Program-made: the position numbers and the translations under genes
In this document: positions 48,993 to 57,753 of the stretch, in pieces
Position numbering within the stretch: the first letter of the stretch is position 1
Layout: each line of letters begins with the position of its first letter
Notes under the pieces: model-generated
What the model was told of the DNA's origin: nothing
Seen by the model: only the letters and a program-made list of their open reading frames with translations
The model's database searches: none
Virus record (IMG/VR): IMGVR_UViG_3300017917_004266
Location: 1-64,000 of that record
From: a virus
Length of the DNA stretch: 64,000 nucleotides
Direction: 5' to 3' (one strand)

Positions 48993-50660
48993 ATGGCTAA
49001 ATATGCAAGAATATTCATGACTGGATTTAGAAGTGCTCCTGTTGATCCAGAAGTATTAAAAACTTTAGCTAATAGAAATATTTCTTATAAATCTTTTCCA
49101 TTGAATAAAATAAAAATTCGTAATATTAGTTTATTTTCTAAATATGATATTAATTTAAATGATCAGAATATAATTCTATCTGGTATAGGTTCAATATATG
49201 ATTCTACATATTCTGGAGATTTATATGCAAAAATAACTGGTATCGGAGAATTTGTAGACACAGTAACAACAAATATTTCTGGACTTGGAATAGCCGAAGG
49301 TTATCATACAGGAATATTTAGCGGAGATCAAACTTTTTATGATAGAAAAAATAGACAAGTTTATCCAGTTAATGAAAATATAAACATTGAATCATCTCCT
49401 AATGTAAAGTATATCATTTCTGGATCTGGTTTAATTACTGGAAATAATTTAAATCCTGCTGATTTTACGTTAGTAGATTATACTGGATTTATAAATTCTC
49501 CAATTATTTACAGATCTAAAACTTATACTGGAGTATATAGTGGAACAGTTACATTAAGAGATAATTTTTATGATCCATCAACATTTGTTGTTTCATTTTT
49601 TAAAAATTATGATTATTTATTTACAGGAAGTAGTGGATGGTTTACATATTTTAATACAGTAAATAATACATCTACATCTATTAATGAACAGCCAGGAATA
49701 TATGTATTAAATAAAATTATGAATAATGGAACTGGTTTTACAATTTCAACTCAAAAAATTATTGCTAGTGGAAATATACCTAATGTTAAGCTTGGAAGAA
49801 AAAATTTAACTGGGTATGGAATACTAACTGGAAAATTAACTGGAAAAGTGCTAGAAATAGATAGCGGAGTATATGTATTTAATCAAATCATAACTGGTAA
49901 TGTTTTATCTGCAAAACAAGGAATAGCCACAGGATTTATTAATTCATTTAATTATTTAAATTTTAATAGTCCAGAAGAGTTTGATTTTATAAATATAAAT
50001 GATCCAAATAAAGACATAATAACTAGATTTACTTATGCAACTGGATCTTTATTTAATCCTCCATTATATTTTGATTCATTGAATACTTTAAATAATATTA
50101 TCAATTCTGGTACTGGATCATATGGAATAACATCTGAGATATTAGGAGGAAAATTAAAAATAACCTCATCTACTTCTGGACAAAGTGGCAATTCAATATC
50201 AGTTACATCATTTGGAAGTGCAACTGCTCCATATTTTGATGTTCCTAACTTTTTACAAAGTGGAGTTACTTATTATGAACCATTAACTCCAACTGGTATA
50301 TTTAGCGGTAATGTATATTCTATAGTATTTGCAACGGGTCTTTTCACAACTGGATATTCTGATTTTGTTACTGGAAACTTAACTGGAATTTTAGGTTTGA
50401 AAAGATTTGAGGACGTATGGAATCTTTATGTATCAGATAATAATATATCTTATCTTTTTGTAAATACATTTACTGGTTTTACTTCTTCTACTGGAGTTAA
50501 ATATACAACTAATTTTATTGATGATCCTACTATCAATTTATATAATATTAAAGTTCAATATATAAATCCAAATGATGCTTTATTTGATGATTCTGCAGAA
50601 TTAAAAATAAAATTAAATAATAGTGGATCTGTTAACATAATATTAACTGGAGCACAATAA
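48993..50660 (+). CDS. TG/SG-rich virion protein
   Basis: Dense TG/SG; shares a segment type with 43067 (YF....L.N.IN). Confidence 0.55.
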   Translation: MAKYARIFMTGFRSAPVDPEVLKTLANRNISYKSFPLNKIKIRNISLFSKYDINLNDQNIILSGIGSIYDSTYSGDLYAKITGIGEFVDTVTTNISGLGIAEGYHTGIFSGDQTFYDRKNRQVYPVNENINIESSPNVKYIISGSGLITGNNLNPADFTLVDYTGFINSPIIYRSKTYTGVYSGTVTLRDNFYDPSTFVVSFFKNYDYLFTGSSGWFTYFNTVNNTSTSINEQPGIYVLNKIMNNGTGFTISTQKIIASGNIPNVKLGRKNLTGYGILTGKLTGKVLEIDSGVYVFNQIITGNVLSAKQGIATGFINSFNYLNFNSPEEFDFININDPNKDIITRFTYATGSLFNPPLYFDSLNTLNNIINSGTGSYGITSEILGGKLKITSSTSGQSGNSISVTSFGSATAPYFDVPNFLQSGVTYYEPLTPTGIFSGNVYSIVFATGLFTTGYSDFVTGNLTGILGLKRFEDVWNLYVSDNNISYLFVNTFTGFTSSTGVKYTTNFIDDPTINLYNIKVQYINPNDALFDDSAELKIKLNNSGSVNIILTGAQ

Positions 50661-51319
50661 TGCAAGTATTTAAAGGTATAACTACTCGTCAAGCTAATAA
50701 CTATATTCCATTTGAAGTAACAACTATTAGGGAAAATGATAAAACTTATGCTATAGTTGAACCAAAATCTGTTATATATAGATCTTTTAATTTAAAAGAT
50801 ATGATGATCTGGAGTGGTTTTTTAGATAATAATACTAGATCTTTGATACAAAGTACAGAAGGAAATATAAATGGACATACAATAAATAATTTAGGAGTAA
50901 AATTAGAATTACAAGCATCTAAAAATAATCATATTATTTATTTAAGAGTTGGTGTTGGTCCAAATTTATATGCAACTGGAGCAGAAATTTTAGTTTCTGA
51001 TATAAGTAATCCTTGGAGTGGTTATCCAGAACCATTTGAATATGTTCCAGGTTTAGAATTTGATGGACAGGGTAATTTAAAAGGAAGTGTAGTTTATAGA
51101 AGACAAACTGCAGCAATTTTTCCAATTGCTTATTTAACTCAAGATACTAGTCAGAATGGCAAAGCTATTTTAGTTGGAAAAGATCAAAATTATAAATTAA
51201 TTCAAGTTATAGATTATAATATAATGATGACTACATTTAATTATGATGGTAATCCTGTATCTTATGGGATTCCTTTTATGAACCCATTTTTCTATTATAG
51301 TAGTAGTTCAACTAGTTAA
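50660..51319 (+). CDS. Hypothetical virion protein
   Basis: Coupled ORF ending YSSSSTS. Confidence 0.5.
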   Translation: MQVFKGITTRQANNYIPFEVTTIRENDKTYAIVEPKSVIYRSFNLKDMMIWSGFLDNNTRSLIQSTEGNINGHTINNLGVKLELQASKNNHIIYLRVGVGPNLYATGAEILVSDISNPWSGYPEPFEYVPGLEFDGQGNLKGSVVYRRQTAAIFPIAYLTQDTSQNGKAILVGKDQNYKLIQVIDYNIMMTTFNYDGNPVSYGIPFMNPFFYYSSSSTS

Positions 51320-51322
51320 AAT

Positions 51323-52639
51323 ATGAGCAATTTAGTTTCAGCAAATTGGAATTTAACTTATGGAATGGATAATCCAAAGAATGTTTTAAATAAAACAAGT
51401 CATTTTGGAGTAATGCCAATAAATCAACATTATTTATTTTTTAAAAATGGCGCGACTTCTGTAATGCAAAATGATACAAATATTTCTCCAGAATTAAAAC
51501 AGGCTTTAGAAAGAGAAAATATAGCAAGAGCTAAAAGATATTATGGAAATGGGACAGAAAGACCAGCAGGGTTTACAGAGCAAGCTATGGCTGATTTATA
51601 TTATAATAGTTATGGTTTAAATTTTAGAGTTGGAAGTCAAGGAATGCCAATTGATCCATTAACGGTATCTTTACTTACTGGAGGTCAAACAAGTTTACTT
51701 GGTCTTCTTGCCTCTCAAACTATAGCTGCCCAATTGCAGATTGCAGCTATAGAATTATTTTATTCTTCAACAATATTTCAAATGCCAAAAATTGGATATA
51801 CAGATTATTATACCTATAAAAGTAGCGCAAATCAAAAAAATGTAATTTTATCTTCTATAGTGAATAGAAAATATCCAAATTTTAATAAAAATATAAATAA
51901 ATTAGAAAAAGATCAATTAGTTAATCTTTCAAGTCAAGAAGGCTTTAAAAAAATAACTGGAGGATCTAGTTATGATACAATTTTAAGTAAATATCAATTT
52001 AACGGAGGTTGTGGATTTCTAACAAGTATATTTAGAGATATAAACAGTACAAATTTACAAAAATTTATAGAAAATATAAAAAGTAATTCAGAAATAAAAT
52101 ATAGTCAATTAAATAAATTAAAAAGTAAATTTCAAGGAAATTCTATAGCGTTATCACAAGCCACAGAAAATTCAATTTTAAATGAGATGAAAGGAAAAAT
52201 AAATGGAATGAGAAATATTTCTATATATATAGATTTTTCTGATTATACAACTGTTAAAATTAGTTCTAGTGCAAAAAGTTATGCTAATTCTCAAAAAGAA
52301 AAATCAATTTTTGGCCCATATATTTGCAGATCAAAAAAAGCTTTTTTATATTATCCAAAAATAATTATAATTCATCCAAAATATAGTACTTTAGCTCGTT
52401 ATTCAAATAATATTGAATGGAGTGGAGGAATTAATATATTTGGAAGTTATCCAACAATTTATCCAACAGGTTCTTTAAGTGATCTTGGATCATTTGAATT
52501 ATTAGCTAGAATAGCCTCGTTTGGAATACCACCAACAATAGATGGAGTATGTACTTATATTACAAAAGATGAAGCTTTTAGTTTAGGGGCCGCATATTCA
52601 GAAAATATACAAAGTTATAATTCTAAACCTATTTGCTAA
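51323..52639 (+). CDS. Hypothetical protein
   Basis: Last + strand gene; its 3' end overlaps the convergent 52629 gene. Confidence 0.5.
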   Translation: MSNLVSANWNLTYGMDNPKNVLNKTSHFGVMPINQHYLFFKNGATSVMQNDTNISPELKQALERENIARAKRYYGNGTERPAGFTEQAMADLYYNSYGLNFRVGSQGMPIDPLTVSLLTGGQTSLLGLLASQTIAAQLQIAAIELFYSSTIFQMPKIGYTDYYTYKSSANQKNVILSSIVNRKYPNFNKNINKLEKDQLVNLSSQEGFKKITGGSSYDTILSKYQFNGGCGFLTSIFRDINSTNLQKFIENIKSNSEIKYSQLNKLKSKFQGNSIALSQATENSILNEMKGKINGMRNISIYIDFSDYTTVKISSSAKSYANSQKEKSIFGPYICRSKKAFLYYPKIIIIHPKYSTLARYSNNIEWSGGINIFGSYPTIYPTGSLSDLGSFELLARIASFGIPPTIDGVCTYITKDEAFSLGAAYSENIQSYNSKPIC

Positions 52640-53408
52640 TCTTTTTTAGCCTATCAATAAGTTCAAAAATCTTTGCTTTAGGTATGTCATTAATATGATT
52701 TAAATTTTCTGCATTATCAAATTTTTCTTTTATTAATTTATTTTTTAGAATATCAAAAGATATATTTTTGTCCTTCATAACCTTTTCTAAAAGAATGTGT
52801 GGAGATGTTGGATTATCTTGATTTTGAATACCTTCATCTAAAAGCTTCGCATCTCCTAATTCTTCTTGAGATACAATATTAATTTTTAAAAAATTACGAA
52901 CACATCTTACAAATGCTCTATTTTCAGCAATCGCAGCTAAAAAAAATCTAGCAAAAGATTTTGTATTATTAATTGTTGCGTCTGCAAGAGCTTCAAATTC
53001 AACTACTCTACCATTTGTCTCATAATTAGGAATCCATTTAATTTTACATGATGTAGCAAAATAGTTTTCAGAGGCAGCAACTACTTTATATTCAACGCTA
53101 GTATAGCCACGAATCTGTGCAAGCTCTTTAATACCACCAAGTAAAATTAATAAATCTTTATCTTCAAGTTTTGATACGTCTGTTTCTTGGGTTTTTTGTC
53201 TATTTGGAACAAGATATTCTGTTTTTACCATCTTGCGCCAATTAATTGTTCCATCGTCATTGAATATATATTTAACACCTTCATCTTCAATTAAGCCATA
53301 TTTATTTCTAGTTGAAACTTTTGGAGGTTTATTAAAAGGCTCAACTTCTAATACTTCTTCAAGAAATTTAATATTTGGTTGAATAACTGTAGATTCTGTA
53401 TTTTCCAT
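52629..53408 (-). CDS. Rad52/Sak-like single-strand annealing protein
   Basis: GGIKELAQIRG...ALADA...AIAENRAFVRCVRNFLKI resembles the AETRA..RA(L/V)R motif of Rad52-like annealases. Confidence 0.6.
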   Translation of the reverse strand: MENTESTVIQPNIKFLEEVLEVEPFNKPPKVSTRNKYGLIEDEGVKYIFNDDGTINWRKMVKTEYLVPNRQKTQETDVSKLEDKDLLILLGGIKELAQIRGYTSVEYKVVAASENYFATSCKIKWIPNYETNGRVVEFEALADATINNTKSFARFFLAAIAENRAFVRCVRNFLKINIVSQEELGDAKLLDEGIQNQDNPTSPHILLEKVMKDKNISFDILKNKLIKEKFDNAENLNHINDIPKAKIFELIDRLKKISK

Positions 53409-53415
53409 ATTATAT

Positions 53416-53444
53416 AGTATAATATACTTTATTTATTAAGTCAA
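53416..53444 (-). promoter_or_regulatory. sigma70-like promoter (TTGACT-17-TATACT), leaderless
   Basis: ATG lies 7 nt downstream of the -10. Confidence 0.6.
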
Positions 53445-54614
53445 GTCTATACTAAAAATATAAAACTTTTCTGGATTTTCATTAATAATATTTATATTAT
53501 ATAATTCTTGTATATTTTCATTAATAGAATTTATTGGTTTATTATCAAAAAAAGCCTTTTCGCTTAAATAAACGCTTCCATTACTTAAAATATAGTTATT
53601 TGATTTATAAAATAATTTATTAACATTTTTATTTATTAAATCCTCTATTTTTTTATGTTTTAAGCTAATATTTGATATTATTCCATAATCCATAAAATCA
53701 ATTTTATATTTATTTAAATTTTCTTTAGGTAAGTATGAGTACATTTGATATTTTATATTTTCATTTTTTAATTGTTTAATAAAATCTAAAATTGAATTAT
53801 CTTCAATAAAAACATTTATCCCTATAATATGAGGTTTATGTTCTCTTAATATATTAATATCAATAGCCTGATTGGTAGCAATAATACAAGGCATAATTTT
53901 TAATTGATTTCTTAGATTATTTTCATTGAATAATAAGTCCATTCTATATATACAATGATTAATTCTCTGGCTTCTTTGAACTACATGATTTGGAACAATA
54001 TGAAATAATTTATTATTAAATAACTTTCCAAGATATATAGTATTAATAAGATTTATATTATTTTTTATATTTAAAAGTTTTAAAATACTTTGTGATATTT
54101 TTTCTGGTTTTATACTATTAATACTTTTTGGATCTTCTTGGGCAGAATAACTTGGTTTAGTGTCTCGTTCTGGTTCAAGCAAAATCATATCTTTCTCTTC
54201 TGTCCAATATGGTTTAACATTTTCTATATTATTATTACTATATAATGCTACTATTTTTTTATTAAATCCAGATGCTATATGTGCGCCAAAACTATCTGCG
54301 CCAACATGCAAAATAGAATTTTTAATAATATAAGCAGCTTGACGAATATTAGTTTGCCCAACTAAATTATAAGTATTTTCTAAAATTTTTTCTTTTTCTC
54401 CACCAATTTGAACTATTTGAATATCATTTTCTTTTAAATGTGGTAAAATTAGATTGATAACTTCTTGCCAATAATCATAATCTTTAGCTGGATATTTACT
54501 GAATGGTTGAAAAGATATATATCTTTCAAAAGGTAATGGAAAGAACGATTCTAAAATAAATGGTTTATTTATTTTAAGACCGCAGGAAGTTGCGTATGAT
54601 TCTACTAGGTGCAT
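53436..54614 (-). CDS. GT9 (heptosyltransferase-like) C-terminal half plus extra domain
   Basis: QIVQIGG, NLVGQTNIRQAAYII, HVGADSFGAHIA, KIVALY. Confidence 0.75.
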   Translation of the reverse strand: MHLVESYATSCGLKINKPFILESFFPLPFERYISFQPFSKYPAKDYDYWQEVINLILPHLKENDIQIVQIGGEKEKILENTYNLVGQTNIRQAAYIIKNSILHVGADSFGAHIASGFNKKIVALYSNNNIENVKPYWTEEKDMILLEPERDTKPSYSAQEDPKSINSIKPEKISQSILKLLNIKNNINLINTIYLGKLFNNKLFHIVPNHVVQRSQRINHCIYRMDLLFNENNLRNQLKIMPCIIATNQAIDINILREHKPHIIGINVFIEDNSILDFIKQLKNENIKYQMYSYLPKENLNKYKIDFMDYGIISNISLKHKKIEDLINKNVNKLFYKSNNYILSNGSVYLSEKAFFDNKPINSINENIQELYNINIINENPEKFYIFSIDLT

Positions 54615-54617
54615 ATA

Positions 54618-55259
54618 TTAATGAAAATTTTCTCCATATTTAGGTAAAAATGCATGTTTTATTTCTATATTTGGTTCTACTATTATTCTATGTCCAAATG
54701 CACGAACTTTCTCAAAAAAAGCTACATGATCCAATCTTTTATCATTAATATCATATTTTATTTTTTTATATAAATGAGCTGGAATAATAAAACAAGTTCC
54801 TACTGAATTAACTTCTGTTCTAATATCTCCATTAGATTTATTATATGGTGGTTTAAAATCAAATTTTATTCCTTGAGAATCAATAAAACCATCAATATCA
54901 TAGAATCTTTTCCAAGGCCACCAATCATTATTTTCTATATAAACATATGGCGCAACTACTTCTGTAGTAGAAATTGATAATAATTTTTCTATAATATCAA
55001 AAGGATATTCTACTATATCTACATCCATCCAAAAAACATGAGTATATTCATCCGTTAAATTATCTTCTATAATTTTATTTCTTAATTTTACTAATTTTGC
55101 ATATCTGTGTTCATTGCCTTCAATATATCCATCATATATAGCTCTCTTTTTATTTTTAAATGTTAAGTTATTAAATATATTATCTGCATTTTGTTTCCAA
55201 AAAAACCAAGCTCCTTTTGGAGATATTAATTGTGGTATAAGAACTTTAGCTTCATTCAT
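54618..55259 (-). CDS. GT-A glycosyltransferase (Anp1/GT62-like)
   Basis: LRNKII, HVFWMDVDIVEYP (DxD), FYDIDGF, VNSVGTCFII. Confidence 0.65.
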   Translation of the reverse strand: MNEAKVLIPQLISPKGAWFFWKQNADNIFNNLTFKNKKRAIYDGYIEGNEHRYAKLVKLRNKIIEDNLTDEYTHVFWMDVDIVEYPFDIIEKLLSISTTEVVAPYVYIENNDWWPWKRFYDIDGFIDSQGIKFDFKPPYNKSNGDIRTEVNSVGTCFIIPAHLYKKIKYDINDKRLDHVAFFEKVRAFGHRIIVEPNIEIKHAFLPKYGENFH

Positions 55260-57168
55260 CTTTTAAATCAAAAGCTATTTTATCTTTACCATTATGTTGA
55301 TAATTAAATAGTCTCTGAGTTCCTATGTGTGGAAGAAAAGCTATTTCAAAATAACCATTGTGACTTCCTGCCCCTTCTAACCATAAAAGTTGGTCCATCT
55401 GCGGTACATATTGTATTACTTTATCTACATATGGATTTCCATCTAATATAGAAAAGTATTGAGGATTCGTTGCAACAAAAAGTTTTTTATTTGGATATTG
55501 TTTTTTAATTGATGAAAATAAACTCGTAGACATATATATGTCACCTATAGACTCTGGCATTACATATAAAATTCTATCCTTTGGATCGCCTTGCCCTATC
55601 ACTTCTTCAAATGTAACTTGTTTATTTTTTTGATTTTCTTGTGCAGCAATTTGTCTGAAATATTTTTCAATATCTTGACGTTTAATACCCTTTGAAATTT
55701 CATTCATCCAATATTTGTGTCCATCATCATTATCATCTACATGATGCATTTTTAATAAATTATGATACATATAAGTTAACCATTCGGAATCATCTTTTAT
55801 TTCTGGTATTTTATGGAATGGATCTCTATCTTCTTCTTTTGTAGAAAAATCATAAGATGTGAATGGTGCAGAATCAATAAATTCTTCTATATATTTACCT
55901 ATAACTTCTACAGAAAAATTATTTATTGTCCATTCTCTGGCTATTTTACCAATCTCTTTTCTTTTTTGAGGAGACATATTATAAATTTTATTTAATTGTT
56001 TTGCTATTGAATTTGGTTTTGTAGAAGCTTTAATAAATTCTGTTCCATGCTCTCTATACTCTGACCATTCTAATGGAAACGAACCAGAGCCTTCTTCACA
56101 CATTTCTTCTCCACAACTATAATTTGTTACTAAAGTAATTAGTTCAGTAAGTTTAGCTTCTTGGATTGGTATTTCTTGTCCACCGCTTGTAAAAGGATGA
56201 CAATAAACATCCATTAAATTATAAACTTCATTTAGTTGTTCTTCTGTTACTCCTAATGAAACATTAGTTGTTATTTGTGATTTTTGTGTGTTACAAAATT
56301 TGCAGTCTACATCTTGACCATGGAATGGTTTAATTTCATAATTACCACAATTTTTACATATATATGTAGTTAAAATTTCTTTAAAATCAATATTATATTC
56401 TTTTGCTAAACGATGAATATTCCATCCTTCTGACCAGTGCGTATGAAGTAAAAGATATGTATTTTTAATTTGAGGATTACTTCTTTTCCATAAAGCATAT
56501 CCTTCTAAAAGATTAGGTACACTTTTTCTTAATTGATTTCTAAACACAAATCCAATTATAAAAGCATCAAGAGGTATATTATATTTCTTTCTAAGATTTT
56601 GTCTTTGTTCATTTTCTAATCTATAAAAACTTTTAGTTTCTATTGGTCCATGCACTGTTTTTACGTGATTATGTCCAATATCATTCAAAGCCTTTGTCGC
56701 GAAATTACTCCATATCCAATAATTTTTAATCTTAGAAGCTTTTTCAACTGCAGTTGGAAGGATTGGCAAAGAGTCTAATGTTGTCCAAAGAACCGAAGTT
56801 ATTTTATTGAACCATTTTTTATCAATAGCAAAATCTATCCCCCAAATATCTTGTACTGCAATATAGACATCTGGTTTTTCTTCTTGTATTATTTTATCCA
56901 AATAGTGTGCTCCATAACTGGCTAGTCTAGCGACATTTGGATCTTTATTTAATTCTTGAAATTCTTGTTGATTATTTGGTAATGATCCTACACTTTTCCA
57001 TGGTGTACGTTCAAATTCTGGATGAGCATATGTTAATCCACAAGAATAATGAGTTATATCATATTTGCCAGTTTTATATAAATAGCTTAATAAGGCTTTT
57101 GCTGCCCTACCAAACCCAGTTTTAGCTAAACTAAAGTCAGATTGATATACTAACTTCTTTCTTCTCAT
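55252..57168 (-). CDS. GT4 glycosyltransferase with C-terminal GT9 N-half
   Basis: TGFGR, RNQLRKSVPNLLEGY, YNLMDVYCHPFTSGGQEIPIQEA; C-terminal ILYVMPESIGDIYMSTSLFSSIKKQYP...LDGNPYVDKVI. Confidence 0.8.
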   Translation of the reverse strand: MRRKKLVYQSDFSLAKTGFGRAAKALLSYLYKTGKYDITHYSCGLTYAHPEFERTPWKSVGSLPNNQQEFQELNKDPNVARLASYGAHYLDKIIQEEKPDVYIAVQDIWGIDFAIDKKWFNKITSVLWTTLDSLPILPTAVEKASKIKNYWIWSNFATKALNDIGHNHVKTVHGPIETKSFYRLENEQRQNLRKKYNIPLDAFIIGFVFRNQLRKSVPNLLEGYALWKRSNPQIKNTYLLLHTHWSEGWNIHRLAKEYNIDFKEILTTYICKNCGNYEIKPFHGQDVDCKFCNTQKSQITTNVSLGVTEEQLNEVYNLMDVYCHPFTSGGQEIPIQEAKLTELITLVTNYSCGEEMCEEGSGSFPLEWSEYREHGTEFIKASTKPNSIAKQLNKIYNMSPQKRKEIGKIAREWTINNFSVEVIGKYIEEFIDSAPFTSYDFSTKEEDRDPFHKIPEIKDDSEWLTYMYHNLLKMHHVDDNDDGHKYWMNEISKGIKRQDIEKYFRQIAAQENQKNKQVTFEEVIGQGDPKDRILYVMPESIGDIYMSTSLFSSIKKQYPNKKLFVATNPQYFSILDGNPYVDKVIQYVPQMDQLLWLEGAGSHNGYFEIAFLPHIGTQRLFNYQHNGKDKIAFDLKDE

Positions 57169-57172
57169 TAAG

Positions 57173-57718
57173 CTACCAAAGTTCGCTATCTTCTTGATTT
57201 TCTGATGCTACTTTTTCTACATTTTCCTTTTTAGCATTTTTTAGTTTCTTAATCATTTCTACCCTAAGTGAATCAAATACTGAGTCTAGAGCATAAGATA
57301 AAAATTGTTTTAAAAGCCTAGCTTCATTAAAATAAAATCCAATTACATAAGATTGTTTATTTTCACTATTTTGTTTGTCTGTTTTAGATACCATATATGA
57401 AAAACCAACATGTTTTTCGTCTTTAATATATGGGCTGAATTTAATTTGTGTAGTCTGCTTTTCTGAAGTATGGTATGCAGAGAATTCTGTTCCTCTTTCA
57501 ATAGCGTCCAAAATGCCAGCGGCTTCTGTTAACGAAAATTTAATTTTTACGCTTTTTGCTGGATTATTTTGATTTTCTGCAAAAGAGCCTATCCTTTTTA
57601 CATCATTCCATGATGCCTGTTTAATTAGTGAACTCCAAATAGAAGAGTCTTTTTCATTTACGCTAAAGCTACAAGCTGTACCTGTATTTTTACTGTTTGG
57701 TTTATAAAATGATATCAT
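57173..57718 (-). CDS. Putative ssDNA-binding protein (Whirly-like)
   Basis: FYKPNSKNTGTACSF start, KIKFSLTEAAGIL, acidic aromatic-ended tail ENQEDSELW; next to dnaE. Confidence 0.45.
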   Translation of the reverse strand: MISFYKPNSKNTGTACSFSVNEKDSSIWSSLIKQASWNDVKRIGSFAENQNNPAKSVKIKFSLTEAAGILDAIERGTEFSAYHTSEKQTTQIKFSPYIKDEKHVGFSYMVSKTDKQNSENKQSYVIGFYFNEARLLKQFLSYALDSVFDSLRVEMIKKLKNAKKENVEKVASENQEDSELW

Positions 57719-57724
57719 ATTAAG

Positions 57725-57753
57725 ATAATATCTTATGTTTATTTAAATGTCAA
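57725..57753 (-). promoter_or_regulatory. sigma70-like promoter (TTGACA-17-TATTAT), leaderless
   Basis: Perfect -35; ATG 6 nt after the -10. Confidence 0.65.

Noticed and set aside
1994-57572. Short antisense or alternate-frame ORFs in the track (e.g. 5742..6245 -, 20045..20437 -, 47094..47567 +, 47348..47686 -)
   Set aside because: They are shadows of well-supported genes or of low-complexity sequence, with no start signals or recognisable motifs.
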